The translations under genes and the position numbers were made by a program. This document shows positions 17,666-27,489 of a stretch of DNA of 64,000 nt, in pieces (position 1 is the first letter of the stretch; each line of letters starts with the position of its first letter). The DNA is taken from the NCBI GenBank assembly GCA_009993005.1, contig JAACUH010000067.1, forward strand, positions 6,848-70,847. The letters are read 5' to 3'. A model generated the notes under the pieces. The model was not told the DNA's origin. It saw only the letters and a program-made list of their open reading frames with translations, and did not search any database. Source of the DNA: Rhodobacterales bacterium. GTDB taxonomy: Bacteria; Pseudomonadota; Alphaproteobacteria; Rhodobacterales; Rhodobacteraceae.

Positions 17666-18621
17666 GCGGCTGGTTGCGGCGCAATGGCTGGGTCGCGGCG
17701 CTGGCCTTTGCCTTTGCCGCGCTGCTGGTCGCGACCAAGATCATCCAGCCGGGCTTTGGCGCCTCGGGTCTCGAATCACTGGCGCGCGCGGCGCTGCCTT
17801 TTGCCTTTGCCACGGCGGCCATGGCGGTGGTGGTGATCGCGGGCGGGATCGACCTGACCGTCGCCGCGGTGATGGCGGTGGCGGGGGTCACGTCCGCCGT
17901 GCTGATGCGCGACTGGGGCGTGGCCGGGACGGTGCCGGCGGTGATCGTGGTGCTGGCGCTGGGCGCGGTGATCGGCGCGATCAATGGTGCCGCCATCGTG
18001 CTGTCGCGCGCGCCCGACATCGTGGTGACGCTGGCGATGATGTATGTCTGGCAGGGCATGGCGCTGCTGATCCTCAACGGCCCCGGCGGCACGGCGACCC
18101 CCTGGCTGCGCGAAGTGATCCTCGGGGGCGTGCCCATTCCGGGCCTGCGCTGGCTGCCGCAGGCGGCGGTGGTGCTGGCCTTCGCGCTCGCGCTGGTCTG
18201 GCTGCCGCTCAAGCGCTCGCGGCCGGGCCTGTCGCTTTATGCCATCGGCAGCGACCAGACCGCCGCCTTCCGCTCGGGCGTCGCCATTGGCCCGACCAAG
18301 GTGTTGGCCTATGCCGTCTCGGGCCTCTTTGCCGCGATGGGCGGGCTGACGCTGACGCTCTCGACCGGCGTGGGCGAGCCGATCCCCGGGCCCTATCTGC
18401 TGGCCGCCGTGGCAGCGGTTGTGCTGGGCGGTGTCGCGCTCACCGGCGGGGTGGGCGGTATCCTCGGGCCGATCATCGCGGTGCTGATCCTGCGGCTGCT
18501 GCGGCTCGACCTGACGCTGCTGTCGGTTGACCCGAACGTGACCACGATCATCGAAGGCACCATCATGGCGGTCGTCGTGATGATCGGCGGTCTGCTCGCC
18601 ATTCGGAGGAAACGGGCATGA
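17662..18621 (+). CDS. Sugar ABC transporter permease
   Basis: GTGA-coupled start, GGIDLT, YAIGSDQTAAFRSG, AAVVLGGVALTGG. Confidence 0.9.
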   Translation: MSGWLRRNGWVAALAFAFAALLVATKIIQPGFGASGLESLARAALPFAFATAAMAVVVIAGGIDLTVAAVMAVAGVTSAVLMRDWGVAGTVPAVIVVLALGAVIGAINGAAIVLSRAPDIVVTLAMMYVWQGMALLILNGPGGTATPWLREVILGGVPIPGLRWLPQAAVVLAFALALVWLPLKRSRPGLSLYAIGSDQTAAFRSGVAIGPTKVLAYAVSGLFAAMGGLTLTLSTGVGEPIPGPYLLAAVAAVVLGGVALTGGVGGILGPIIAVLILRLLRLDLTLLSVDPNVTTIIEGTIMAVVVMIGGLLAIRRKRA

Positions 18622-19592
18622 CAACAGGCACTGTTCAGGCCCCGTTCGCCCGGATCGGCCGCCTGCTGCGCGACTATCCGATCATCGCGCTCTTGGTGCT
18701 GCTGGTGGCGCTGATCGTGCTGTTGCAGATCCTCAACCCCGGTATCATCAACCAGCGCTGGATCGGCAACACCATCAAGTTCGCGATCCCGCTCGCCATG
18801 CTGGCCGCCTGCCAGACCTTTACCATGTATACCGGTGGCATCGACCTTTCGGCGGCGGCAGTCGCCACCATCACCGCCTTTGTCATGGCGACGCAGGTGC
18901 CGCATCTGGGCGATGCGGCGGGGATCGCGCTGGCGCTGGTGCCGGCGGTGCTGATCGGGCTGCTCAACGGTTTTGGGGTGGGCATCTGCCGGGTGCATCC
19001 GCTGATCATGACGCTGGGGTCGGGGCTGATCGGGATCGGCTGTCTGCAGGTCTATCAACGCTCGACCATCGCGACGGGGTCCGCGATCCCGCCGGTTCTC
19101 GAATGGTTGGGGACGGGGCGCACATTCTGGCTGCCCAACGGGCTGTGGCTGTTCGTGCCCTTTGCCGCGCTGATGCTGTTCATCCAGCGGCGCACCGGAT
19201 TCGGGCGGCTCCTCTATGCGGTGGGCGCGAATGAAGGTGCGGCACGGCTGTCGGGGCTGCGGACCTGGCAGCTTTACTTTGCGCTCTACACGCTCTCCGC
19301 GCTGATCGCAGGGCTGACCGGGCTGCTTTATGCCGGGATCATCCGCACGACCTCCCTTTCGCTGGTCGAGCCGCTCTTGCTGCCTTCGGTCGCGGCGGCG
19401 GTGATCGGCGGCACGTCGATCTTTGGCGGGCGGGGGAGCTATGCCGGCACCATCGTCGGTGCGCTGATCCTGACGGTGCTGGGCACGCTGCTTACGCTGT
19501 TGCAGATGCCCGAGGGCGGGCGGCAGATCATCTTTGGCGGGATCATCCTCGCCGTCACGGCGATCTACATGCGCCTGACCGAAACCGGGTAA
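18618..19592 (+). CDS. Sugar ABC transporter permease
   Basis: GGIDLS, FGRLLYAVGANEGAARLSG, AAAVIGGTSIFGGRG. Confidence 0.92.
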   Translation: MTTGTVQAPFARIGRLLRDYPIIALLVLLVALIVLLQILNPGIINQRWIGNTIKFAIPLAMLAACQTFTMYTGGIDLSAAAVATITAFVMATQVPHLGDAAGIALALVPAVLIGLLNGFGVGICRVHPLIMTLGSGLIGIGCLQVYQRSTIATGSAIPPVLEWLGTGRTFWLPNGLWLFVPFAALMLFIQRRTGFGRLLYAVGANEGAARLSGLRTWQLYFALYTLSALIAGLTGLLYAGIIRTTSLSLVEPLLLPSVAAAVIGGTSIFGGRGSYAGTIVGALILTVLGTLLTLLQMPEGGRQIIFGGIILAVTAIYMRLTETG

Positions 19593-19595
19593 GCG

Positions 19596-20702
19596 TCAGA
19601 GATCGACCCACTGCCCGCGCGCCTGCGAGCGATGCGCGGCGTCGATCACAAGGTTGACGGCATGACCATCGGCAAAGGTAGGCCAGACCGGCGCGCCGGT
19701 CTCGATCGCGCGCAGGAAATCGCGCGCCTCGATGATGATCTGGTCCTGATAGCCGGTGCCATGCCCCGGCCCCTGGCAAAAAGGCAGAAAGTCGGGATGC
19801 TCCGGCCCGGTCAGGATCTTGCGAAAGCCGCGCTGGCCGGGGGTGTCGTCGGCGAGGTAGAGCCAGAGCGCGTTCTGATCCTCTTGATCAAAGCGGATCG
19901 CCCCCTTGGTCCCTGTGATCTCATAGGCATAGCCCATCTTGCGGCCCAGCGCGACACGGCTGAACGACAGGTGCCCGATGGCGCCAGAGGCAAAGCGGCA
20001 CATGAACTGCCCGATGTCATCATTGGTGACGGTCACCGGTCCATCCGGGCCGGGCCGCGTGGCGTGAACGGTGGCGATATCGGCGCTGAGCCGCGCGATG
20101 GGGCCGATCAGCGCCAGCGCGGCGTTGATCATATGCGGGGCGAGGTCGCCCATGGTGCCATTGGCCTGCCCCTGATTGCGCCAGGTGGCGGGGCGGGTGG
20201 GGTCGGCGTCGAAATCCTCGCTATGTTCGCCGCGAAACCAGGTGATCTGGCCCAGCGCGCCGCTCTGCACCAGGTGGCGGACGTATTGCGAGGCGGGCGT
20301 GCGGATATAGTTGAAACCGACCATGTTGATCGCACCGCTGGCCTTTGCCGCGGCGACCATCGCGGCACTGTCGGCGAGCGAGGCGCCGAGCGGCTTTTCG
20401 CAGAACACCGGCTTGCCCAGGGCGCATGCGGCTTCGGCAATCGCGCGGTGCGTTTCCTGCGGCGAGGCGATCACGACGGCCTCGACGCCCGGATCGGCGA
20501 CCAACGCGCGCCAGTCGGCCGTCGCGCGGGCAAAGCCATAGGCGCGGCGGTAGTGCTCGGCCTTGTCCGGGGTTGTGGCGCAGACCATGTCGAGCCGGGG
20601 GCGCAGGGTGGTGTTGAACACCGCCCCGACCGCAGCCATCGCGACCGCATGCGCCTTGCCCATATAGCCACCGCCGACGATCCCGATCCCGATTTCGCGC
20701 AT
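19596..20702 (-). CDS. Gfo/Idh/MocA oxidoreductase (inositol/levoglucosan dehydrogenase-like subfamily)
   Basis: GIVGGGYMGKAH, FCEKPL, GFNYIRTP, GDLAPH, GFRKILTGPEHP; ATG 20702 with GAGGAGGG RBS. Confidence 0.9.
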   Translation of the reverse strand: MREIGIGIVGGGYMGKAHAVAMAAVGAVFNTTLRPRLDMVCATTPDKAEHYRRAYGFARATADWRALVADPGVEAVVIASPQETHRAIAEAACALGKPVFCEKPLGASLADSAAMVAAAKASGAINMVGFNYIRTPASQYVRHLVQSGALGQITWFRGEHSEDFDADPTRPATWRNQGQANGTMGDLAPHMINAALALIGPIARLSADIATVHATRPGPDGPVTVTNDDIGQFMCRFASGAIGHLSFSRVALGRKMGYAYEITGTKGAIRFDQEDQNALWLYLADDTPGQRGFRKILTGPEHPDFLPFCQGPGHGTGYQDQIIIEARDFLRAIETGAPVWPTFADGHAVNLVIDAAHRSQARGQWVDL

Positions 20703-20720
20703 GGCAGGGCCCTCCTCGGT

Positions 20721-20736
20721 TTGCAACCGGTTGCAA
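20721..20736. promoter_or_regulatory. Perfect 16-bp palindrome, LacI-type operator candidate
   Basis: TTGCAACCGGTTGCAA just upstream of the RBS of the dehydrogenase gene. Confidence 0.6.
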
Positions 20737-20817
20737 GGTTGTAGCGTCCCAGCCTCGCGCGGGTCAATGGCCTTGGCCCGTCTCGCCAAATGCGGCGCAA
20801 GTGCTAGGTTTGTCGCC

Positions 20818-21492
20818 ATGATGCTGATCGTGACACCCGATACCGTGCGCAACCCGGAAGCGCTCAAGGTCCGGCAACTCCCACGCCGGTTCTTCAAGCG
20901 CGTGACACTGATCCCGCGCGGACGGGTGAGTGTGGGTCTGGCGCTGCGGATCATGGCCGAATTCCAGGTGCTGCGCTATATGCTGCCGCTCTTGCCGGTG
21001 GTGGCCATCGGGTTGATCTGGACCAATACCGCGCTGGCCCTGTCGCAGGCGCCCCTGCTGATGTTCCTGCTCATCTGGTGGGTAGAGATGCGGCTCTTGC
21101 GGGTGCCGGCAGGGCGGCGTCGGGCCTTGATAGACCCTGATGCGGCCGCGCGCGGGCTCGATCTTCTGGAGGTGCGCGGGCGGGCAGTGCTCGCAAGGGT
21201 GGCCGCCACGCGCGGGATGCGGGTGGGGCAGTTGCATCTGGTGGTCGAGCAGTCCGAACTCGGCCGCTTGCCGCCACTCACCTATGTCTCGGTCCAGTCC
21301 GAAGACGGGCCGGAGGTGGTCGCGCTCGATCCGTCCGAACGCGCGCAGATTGCCGCTGCGCTGTTTCAGCCGCCGCTGGACGAGCGCCTGCTGCACAGGA
21401 TCAATCAGGCCGAGGATGTTTTCCTGCGCGATGTCGTGCTGGATGCGCGGCAGGTGTCGGCCCATGCAAGGCTGGCGGCGGCGCTGGCTTAG
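20818..21492 (+). CDS. Hypothetical membrane protein (two TM segments)
   Basis: ATG 20818, hydrophobic stretches YMLPLLPVVAIGLIW and APLLMFLLIWWV; fills the space between flanking genes. Confidence 0.7.
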   Translation: MMLIVTPDTVRNPEALKVRQLPRRFFKRVTLIPRGRVSVGLALRIMAEFQVLRYMLPLLPVVAIGLIWTNTALALSQAPLLMFLLIWWVEMRLLRVPAGRRRALIDPDAAARGLDLLEVRGRAVLARVAATRGMRVGQLHLVVEQSELGRLPPLTYVSVQSEDGPEVVALDPSERAQIAAALFQPPLDERLLHRINQAEDVFLRDVVLDARQVSAHARLAAALA

Positions 21493-21501
21493 CCTGCGGA
21501 A

Positions 21502-21534
21502 GCCTCCGGCGGGGATATTTTTGGCAAGATGAAG
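21502..21534 (+). repeat. Dispersed repeat, copy B (short form, between convergent genes)
   Basis: GCCTCCGGCGGGGATATTTTTGGCAAGATGAAG shares the GGGATATTT..GGCAAGATGAAG core with copy A. Confidence 0.75.
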
Positions 21535-21548
21535 CCGGGACCGGCGCG

Positions 21549-22784
21549 TCAGGCGGTGAGGGTGATGACCTTGCCGAAAGATGGGGCTGGCGGGGTTCCG
21601 TCCGGCACGGCCCAGAGGACGGGCAGCGCGCGGGGCGGTGGGCCGGGGTCACCGTCGAGGTCGGTCAGGACCACGAGCGCGGAGGGGCGCAGCGCCTGTG
21701 CGGCTGCAATCACAGGCGCGAACGCGGTGCCGCCGCCGCGTGGCATGTCCGGGCGTGGCATTTCGGCCTGTAAAGGGTCTATTTTCATGTGCAACCTGAC
21801 GGTGTCATCAAACACCAGCAGGTGCAGTTCCGCGCGGCAGCGAAGCGCGACGCCAGTGATCTCGCCCCAGAACAGCGCGAGGCGCGTATCGTCGATTGAC
21901 CCCGAGGCATCGAGCGCCAGCACGACGCGCGGCACGTCGGTCAGCGGGCGCTGGCCGGGCTCGAACCCCGGCGTCGGGGTGTCGGCGGCCAGGGCCTGCG
22001 CTGCGCCCGCGATCCAGCGGCGCGAGGGGCGGCGATGGCTCGGCTGCGGCTGAGCCAGCGCGGCCCGGGTGAGAAAGTGGCGCAGGATCACCTCCCACGG
22101 CGTGCGCGGCGTGGGAATGTCGGCGATGCGGTGGCCGATCAGCCCGATCCCGCGCCCTGCCGCCCGCCCCGCATCGAGGGCGCGGGTCAGGTGCTGGCGC
22201 CAGCGGGCGGCGGCCTCGACATCTCCTTCGGCGTCGGCATCGCCGCTTTCGGGGTCGAGGTCGGGGTCGAAACTGCGCGACCTTGCATAGGCGCGGGCGG
22301 TCTGACCGCCGCCCCCTTTGCCGGCATCGGGGCGCATCAGGCAATGATAGAGCCGTTCGACATCCCATTCCGCCAGCAGCTGTTGGGGCGGCATCTGCTT
22401 TCCGGTTGTCGCGCCGATCAGCTCTGTCGCGGTGACGGCGGGGCGGGGGAGGGCATAGGTGGACAGCAGCAGCGCCTCGTTCACCAGTGCATCGGCGGCG
22501 AGGTTGAAGAGCGCGGCGTCAAAGCCGGGGCCAAAGCGGGTCGCCAGCGCCTGCATCCGGGCGGAATGGCGCAGCGCGACATGCAGGATATGATGCGCGG
22601 CGAGGGCGATCTGTTCGTGCAACGGCCGCGCGGTGAAATCCGGGCCATATGTGATCACAACGCCGCTGCTGCGGGTCGCATCGCCATCCCGGTGGTCGCA
22701 CCAGAGCGAGAGCGCCGCCAAAGCAGGGTCTGTTTCGGCCAAACTCTGCAAGGCTCGACCAGCGCGGGCGCTGTGGCCGGTCAT
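21549..22784 (-). CDS. vWA domain-containing protein with N-terminal metallopeptidase-like domain (DUF2201-like)
   Basis: AAHHILHVALRH and FNLAADALVN in the N-domain; MIDAS LDASGS, GGGTAF and LTDLDG in the C-domain. Confidence 0.82.
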   Translation of the reverse strand: MTGHSARAGRALQSLAETDPALAALSLWCDHRDGDATRSSGVVITYGPDFTARPLHEQIALAAHHILHVALRHSARMQALATRFGPGFDAALFNLAADALVNEALLLSTYALPRPAVTATELIGATTGKQMPPQQLLAEWDVERLYHCLMRPDAGKGGGGQTARAYARSRSFDPDLDPESGDADAEGDVEAAARWRQHLTRALDAGRAAGRGIGLIGHRIADIPTPRTPWEVILRHFLTRAALAQPQPSHRRPSRRWIAGAAQALAADTPTPGFEPGQRPLTDVPRVVLALDASGSIDDTRLALFWGEITGVALRCRAELHLLVFDDTVRLHMKIDPLQAEMPRPDMPRGGGTAFAPVIAAAQALRPSALVVLTDLDGDPGPPPRALPVLWAVPDGTPPAPSFGKVITLTA

Positions 22785-23887
22785 GCGGGGCGCGACGCCG
22801 CATAGGCGGCATAGGCGGCGGAGGTGCGGAACACTTCGGCCAGACCAAGCCCCAGCGCCTTGTCGATCAACAACTCAAAGCCGTAGGTGCAAAGTTCGCC
22901 CAGTGGCAGCCGGGCAAAGGCGGGGTCGTCGCGCTGGTCTGCCAGATGGCGCAGCCCCTCCATCACCTCGATGCTCTGCGGCAGCGTCTCGGCATTGGCG
23001 AGCGTGACGAGCGCATAGACCAGCGCGGTGAGGCCATGCAGGCTCGCCGGATAGAGCGCCCAGCGGTCGGCAGGGCGGGCGGCGAGCATGTCGGCCACCT
23101 GCACGGTCGCGGCGATATCCTCCGCGATCAGGATGAACTCGGCCGCCGCCGCCTCGCCCACCGTCCCGGCGATCAGCACATGGCGCAGCGCGCAATCGGG
23201 CACGGCGTTCAGGATCGTGCTGACGCGGGCCCAGGAGCGCGGCGTGCAGGCGATCATCTGGCCGCGGCGCAGCGCATCCTCGGTCGTGTCCAGCAGGTCG
23301 GGCCGCGTGCGGATGAAGGCGGTGACCGCCGGGTGCAGCCCGCGCGGCACGGCGTAACGGGCGAGCCAGTCGCCCGCCTCGGCGCGCAGCGACAGGTGGA
23401 TCAGCCGGTCAGAGAGCGCGGTGCCCATGTCATAGGCGACCGCGCCATCCTCGACCGCGTTGCCGGCTGCAACGATGAAGGTGCTTGCAGGCAAGAGGTG
23501 CCGCCCGACGCGGCGTTCCTGCAACAGGCCATAGACGGTCGGTTGCAGCGACGGCGCCGCGGCGGTGAGTTCGTCGAGAAACAGGATCGCGGGATGCGCG
23601 GGGTCGTCGGGCAGATCTTCGGGCCGATACCAGACGGTGCGCTGGCGGTCGTGGTCGTAAAAGGGCAGGCCGCGCAGGTCTTGTGGCTCGATCGTGGTCA
23701 GGCGCAGGTCAAAGAGGGTGGAGCCACTCTCGCTTGCCAGTTGTTGCACGATCTCGGTCTTGCCGATGCCGGGGCGACCGTGGAGCATCCATGACGCGGT
23801 CATGGTGCACGCGCGTTGCGCGGCGAGGCCGGCGCGCAGCGCATCGAGCGCCTGCCCCGCGCTGATCGGCGTGGTGTTGACGGCCAT
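22781..23887 (-). CDS. AAA+ ATPase (MoxR/AAA_5-like) partner of the vWA protein
   Basis: Walker A GRPGIGKT, DLRGLP, Walker B LFLDEL, AAGN, ALSDRL, TPRSW. Confidence 0.87.
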   Translation of the reverse strand: MAVNTTPISAGQALDALRAGLAAQRACTMTASWMLHGRPGIGKTEIVQQLASESGSTLFDLRLTTIEPQDLRGLPFYDHDRQRTVWYRPEDLPDDPAHPAILFLDELTAAAPSLQPTVYGLLQERRVGRHLLPASTFIVAAGNAVEDGAVAYDMGTALSDRLIHLSLRAEAGDWLARYAVPRGLHPAVTAFIRTRPDLLDTTEDALRRGQMIACTPRSWARVSTILNAVPDCALRHVLIAGTVGEAAAAEFILIAEDIAATVQVADMLAARPADRWALYPASLHGLTALVYALVTLANAETLPQSIEVMEGLRHLADQRDDPAFARLPLGELCTYGFELLIDKALGLGLAEVFRTSAAYAAYAASRPA

Positions 23888-23890
23888 GCC

Positions 23891-24655
23891 TCAGCCCTTC
23901 CACCGGGCGGCGGCGGCGCGGGCGCCGCGCTGCAACAGGGCGGTGTCGGTATCGACGGCGGTAAAGGTCGTGCCGGCGGCGATGGCGTCGGACAGGAAAC
24001 CGGGGTCGAGCGACAGGATGCCGGCAGGGGTGCCCGCAGCGACAATCCGGCGGATCGCATCGAGGATTGCGGCTTTGACCTCTGGATGGCCTGGGTTGCC
24101 CGGATGCCCCATGGAGGCGGCGAGGTCGGCGGGCCCGATAAAGATGCCATCGACACCATCCACCGCCGCAATAGCCTCGATTTGGGCCAATGCAGAGGCT
24201 GTTTCGACCTGCACCAGCAGGCAGACCTCTGCGTTGGCACGGGCCGTGTAATCGGGGATCGCGCCATAGCGGCTGGCGCGCGACAGGGCCGACACACCGC
24301 GCATGCCATGGGGCGGATAGCGCATGGCGGCGACGGCGCGCGCGGCTTCTTCGGCGGTCTGGACATAGGGCACGAGGATCGTCTGCGCGCTACTGTCGAG
24401 CAGGCGCTTGATCTCGACCGCGTCGTTCCAGCCGGGGCGGACGCCGAAATGCGTCGGATAGGGGGCGGTGGCCTGGAGCATGGCCAAGACGCGGCCCTGG
24501 TCGATCACGCTATGCTCTGTGTCGATCATCACCCAGTCGAACCCGCAATTCGCGAGCACCTCGGCCACGCCCGCGTCGGGCGTCGAACACCAGAGCCCGA
24601 TCTGCTGCTGTCCCGCCTGCAAGGCTGCCTTGAATTGGTTCTTCGGTAGTTCCAT
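23891..24655 (-). CDS. HpcH/HpaI family class II pyruvate aldolase
   Basis: [33 protein letters not shown]. Confidence 0.9.
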   Translation of the reverse strand: MELPKNQFKAALQAGQQQIGLWCSTPDAGVAEVLANCGFDWVMIDTEHSVIDQGRVLAMLQATAPYPTHFGVRPGWNDAVEIKRLLDSSAQTILVPYVQTAEEAARAVAAMRYPPHGMRGVSALSRASRYGAIPDYTARANAEVCLLVQVETASALAQIEAIAAVDGVDGIFIGPADLAASMGHPGNPGHPEVKAAILDAIRRIVAAGTPAGILSLDPGFLSDAIAAGTTFTAVDTDTALLQRGARAAAARWKG

Positions 24656-24798
24656 GGTCACGCCCCTCGCCCGTCATTCGATGTGACCAGACCATCCGGG
24701 CGGGCGTTTTGCAACGGCGCCCATGGCCCTTTTGGCTTGACCGCGCCGCGCACGGGTGCACATCGTCGTGGCGTTCATCGTCACGCAGAGGATCCGCC

Positions 24799-26637
24799 AT
24801 GCCCGCCTACCGTTCCCGCACCACCACCCATGGCCGCAACATGGCCGGCGCCCGTGGCCTCTGGCGTGCGACGGGGATGAAGGATGGCGATTTCGGCAAG
24901 CCGATCATCGCCATCGTCAACAGCTTTACCCAATTCGTGCCCGGCCATGTCCACCTCAAGGATCTGGGCCAGCTCGTCGCGCGCGAGGTCGAGGCGGCGG
25001 GCGGCGTGGCGAAAGAGTTCAACACCATCGCGGTGGATGACGGCATCGCCATGGGGCACGACGGGATGCTCTATTCGCTGCCCTCGCGCGAGCTGATCGC
25101 CGACAGTGTCGAATATATGGTGAACGCCCATTGTGCCGATGCCATGGTCTGCATCAGCAATTGCGACAAGATCACGCCGGGGATGCTGATGGCCGCGATG
25201 CGGCTCAACATTCCGGCCGTGTTCGTCTCTGGCGGGCCGATGGAGGCGGGCAAGGTCGTGCTCAAGGGCAAGAATGTCGCGCTCGACCTCGTGGATGCCA
25301 TGGTCGCCGCTGCCGATGATGCGATGACCGACGCCGAGGTCGATGCGATCGAGGCCGCCGCCTGTCCGACCTGCGGGTCATGCTCTGGCATGTTCACCGC
25401 CAATTCGATGAACTGCCTGACCGAGGCGCTGGGCCTGTCGCTGCCCGGCAATGGCTCCACACTCGCCACCCATGCCGACCGCAAGCGGCTTTTCGTCGAG
25501 GCGGGGCACACCATCGTCGATATCACCAAGCGCTATTACGAGCAGGACGACACCACAGTGCTGCCGCGCAACATCGCCACCAAGGCGGCGTTCGAGAATG
25601 CCATGGCGCTGGACATCGCGATGGGCGGGTCCACCAATACCGTGCTGCACATCCTCGCGACAGCGCATGAAGGTGGCGTCGATTTCACCATGGCGGATAT
25701 CGACCGGTTGTCACGGCAGATCCCCGTGCTGTGCAAGGTCGCCCCGGCCAAATCCGACGTGCATATGGAGGATGTCCACCGCGCCGGCGGGATCATGGCG
25801 ATCCTCGGTCAGCTTGATGCGGCGGGGCTGCTGCACCGTGACACCTATACCGTGCACGCGCCGACGCTGGGCGCAGCTATCGACCATTGGGACATCAGCC
25901 GCAGCAACCAGCAATCGGTGCGCGACTTTTTCATGGCCGCCCCCGGTGGCGTGCCGACGCAGACCGCCTTCAGCCAGTCCGAGCGGTGGGATGACCTCGA
26001 CCTCGACCGCGAACATGGGGTGATCCGGTCGGCCAAGACCCCGTTCTCGCGCGATGGCGGGCTGGCGGTGCTGTCAGGCAACCTCGCGCCCGAGGGCTGC
26101 ATCGTGAAAACAGCGGGGGTGGATGACAGTATCCTCGTCTTTACCGGCCCCGCCCGCGTGTTCGAGAGCCAGAATGACGCCGTCGCCGCGATCCTGTCGA
26201 ACAAGATCCGCGAAGGCGATGTGCTGGTGATCCGCTACGAGGGGCCCAAGGGCGGGCCGGGGATGCAGGAAATGCTTTACCCCACCAGCTACCTCAAGTC
26301 GCGGGGGCTGGGCAAAGCCTGCGCTCTCATCACTGACGGGCGGTTTTCGGGGGGCACGTCGGGCCTCTCCATCGGCCATGTCTCGCCCGAGGCGGCGTCG
26401 GGCGGGATGATCGGGCTGGTGGCCGAGGGCGACCGGATCGAGATCGACATTCCCGCGCGCAGCATCACGCTTGCCGTGCCCGAGGCCGAGCTGGCTGCGC
26501 GCCGCGCCGCGCAAGAGGCCGCCGGGTGGAAGCCCGCGAAGGTCCGCCCGCGCAAGATCACGCAGGCGCTGCGGGCCTATGGGCTGTTTGCGACCTCGGC
26601 CGCGACAGGTGCCGTGCGCAAGCTGCCGGAGGAATAG
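24799..26637 (+). CDS. ilvD: Dihydroxy-acid dehydratase
   Basis: [65 protein letters not shown]. Confidence 0.97.
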   Translation: MPAYRSRTTTHGRNMAGARGLWRATGMKDGDFGKPIIAIVNSFTQFVPGHVHLKDLGQLVAREVEAAGGVAKEFNTIAVDDGIAMGHDGMLYSLPSRELIADSVEYMVNAHCADAMVCISNCDKITPGMLMAAMRLNIPAVFVSGGPMEAGKVVLKGKNVALDLVDAMVAAADDAMTDAEVDAIEAAACPTCGSCSGMFTANSMNCLTEALGLSLPGNGSTLATHADRKRLFVEAGHTIVDITKRYYEQDDTTVLPRNIATKAAFENAMALDIAMGGSTNTVLHILATAHEGGVDFTMADIDRLSRQIPVLCKVAPAKSDVHMEDVHRAGGIMAILGQLDAAGLLHRDTYTVHAPTLGAAIDHWDISRSNQQSVRDFFMAAPGGVPTQTAFSQSERWDDLDLDREHGVIRSAKTPFSRDGGLAVLSGNLAPEGCIVKTAGVDDSILVFTGPARVFESQNDAVAAILSNKIREGDVLVIRYEGPKGGPGMQEMLYPTSYLKSRGLGKACALITDGRFSGGTSGLSIGHVSPEAASGGMIGLVAEGDRIEIDIPARSITLAVPEAELAARRAAQEAAGWKPAKVRPRKITQALRAYGLFATSAATGAVRKLPEE

Positions 26638-27486
26638 TCACAGCGCGTCGCGGATCAGCCCGGCGACGACCTCTGGCGCCTCCTCATGCGCGAGATGGCC
26701 GAGGCCGGGCAGGTCGATCACCGTCGCATCCGCGAACCGCGCCGCTGCGTCGTGACTGGTGCGCGGCGGCACGGCGCGGTCGCCCGCCGCCGCGATCAGC
26801 GTGACCCGGGCCCGCAAGTCGGGCAGGCGGGCGAGCAGCCCATCGAGCCGCCATTGCGCCATCATCGCCAGCGTGCCGTCCACATGCGCCCGGTCCTGCG
26901 CGAGCCGCAGGTAAAGCGCGCGCCCCTCGGGGTCGAGCGTGGAGCCCGTCCCCGCGATCAGGCTCCGCACCGTCGCCTCGGTCGCGGTCGCGGCAAAGGC
27001 GCCGGCGGTAAAGGGCGCCAGCGCCAGCACCTTGGCCAGGGCGGGAAACAGCCAGCCCGCCACGCCCTTGAAATTCGCGAGTGCCGCGTTGAGGCCGATC
27101 ACCTGCCCGTCCGGACAGGTGCCGATCTCGGCCAGCCGAAGCGCCACCGCAGCACCCGCCGAATGCCCGATGATCGCGCGCGGCTGCCAGCCCTGTGCGG
27201 TTGCAAGTGACGCGATATCTTCGGCCATATGGTCGAGCCCGCAGCGTTGCCGCGCGCCAAGTTGGGTAAATCCCTGCCCCGGCAGGTCGATCGCCACGAC
27301 ATGATGGGTCTGCACCAGCAGCGGAAACAGCCCGCGCCAGCTTTGCGTGGCGCCGCCTGCGCCGTGGATGAGCAGCAGCGTGTCGCCTTGGCCCGCCTCC
27401 TGCACATGCCAGCGGTGCGGACGGTGCAGCACAATGCGGGAATGTTCGGCCATCGGCCAGCCTTGCGCGTCCTGCGGCCAGCGCAT
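26638..27486 (-). CDS. bchO: Alpha/beta hydrolase BchO (magnesium chelatase accessory protein)
   Basis: WPMAEHSR..PHRWHVQEAG, GHSAG, LGHLAHEE; directly downstream of bchD. Confidence 0.9.
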   Translation of the reverse strand: MRWPQDAQGWPMAEHSRIVLHRPHRWHVQEAGQGDTLLLIHGAGGATQSWRGLFPLLVQTHHVVAIDLPGQGFTQLGARQRCGLDHMAEDIASLATAQGWQPRAIIGHSAGAAVALRLAEIGTCPDGQVIGLNAALANFKGVAGWLFPALAKVLALAPFTAGAFAATATEATVRSLIAGTGSTLDPEGRALYLRLAQDRAHVDGTLAMMAQWRLDGLLARLPDLRARVTLIAAAGDRAVPPRTSHDAAARFADATVIDLPGLGHLAHEEAPEVVAGLIRDAL

Positions 27487-27489
27487 GAC

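Noticed and set aside
26637..26638. ilvD and bchO stop codons abut with zero gap at the cluster boundary
   Set aside because: No integrase, tRNA, direct repeats or compositional shift is visible, so there is no evidence for a mobile-island border.
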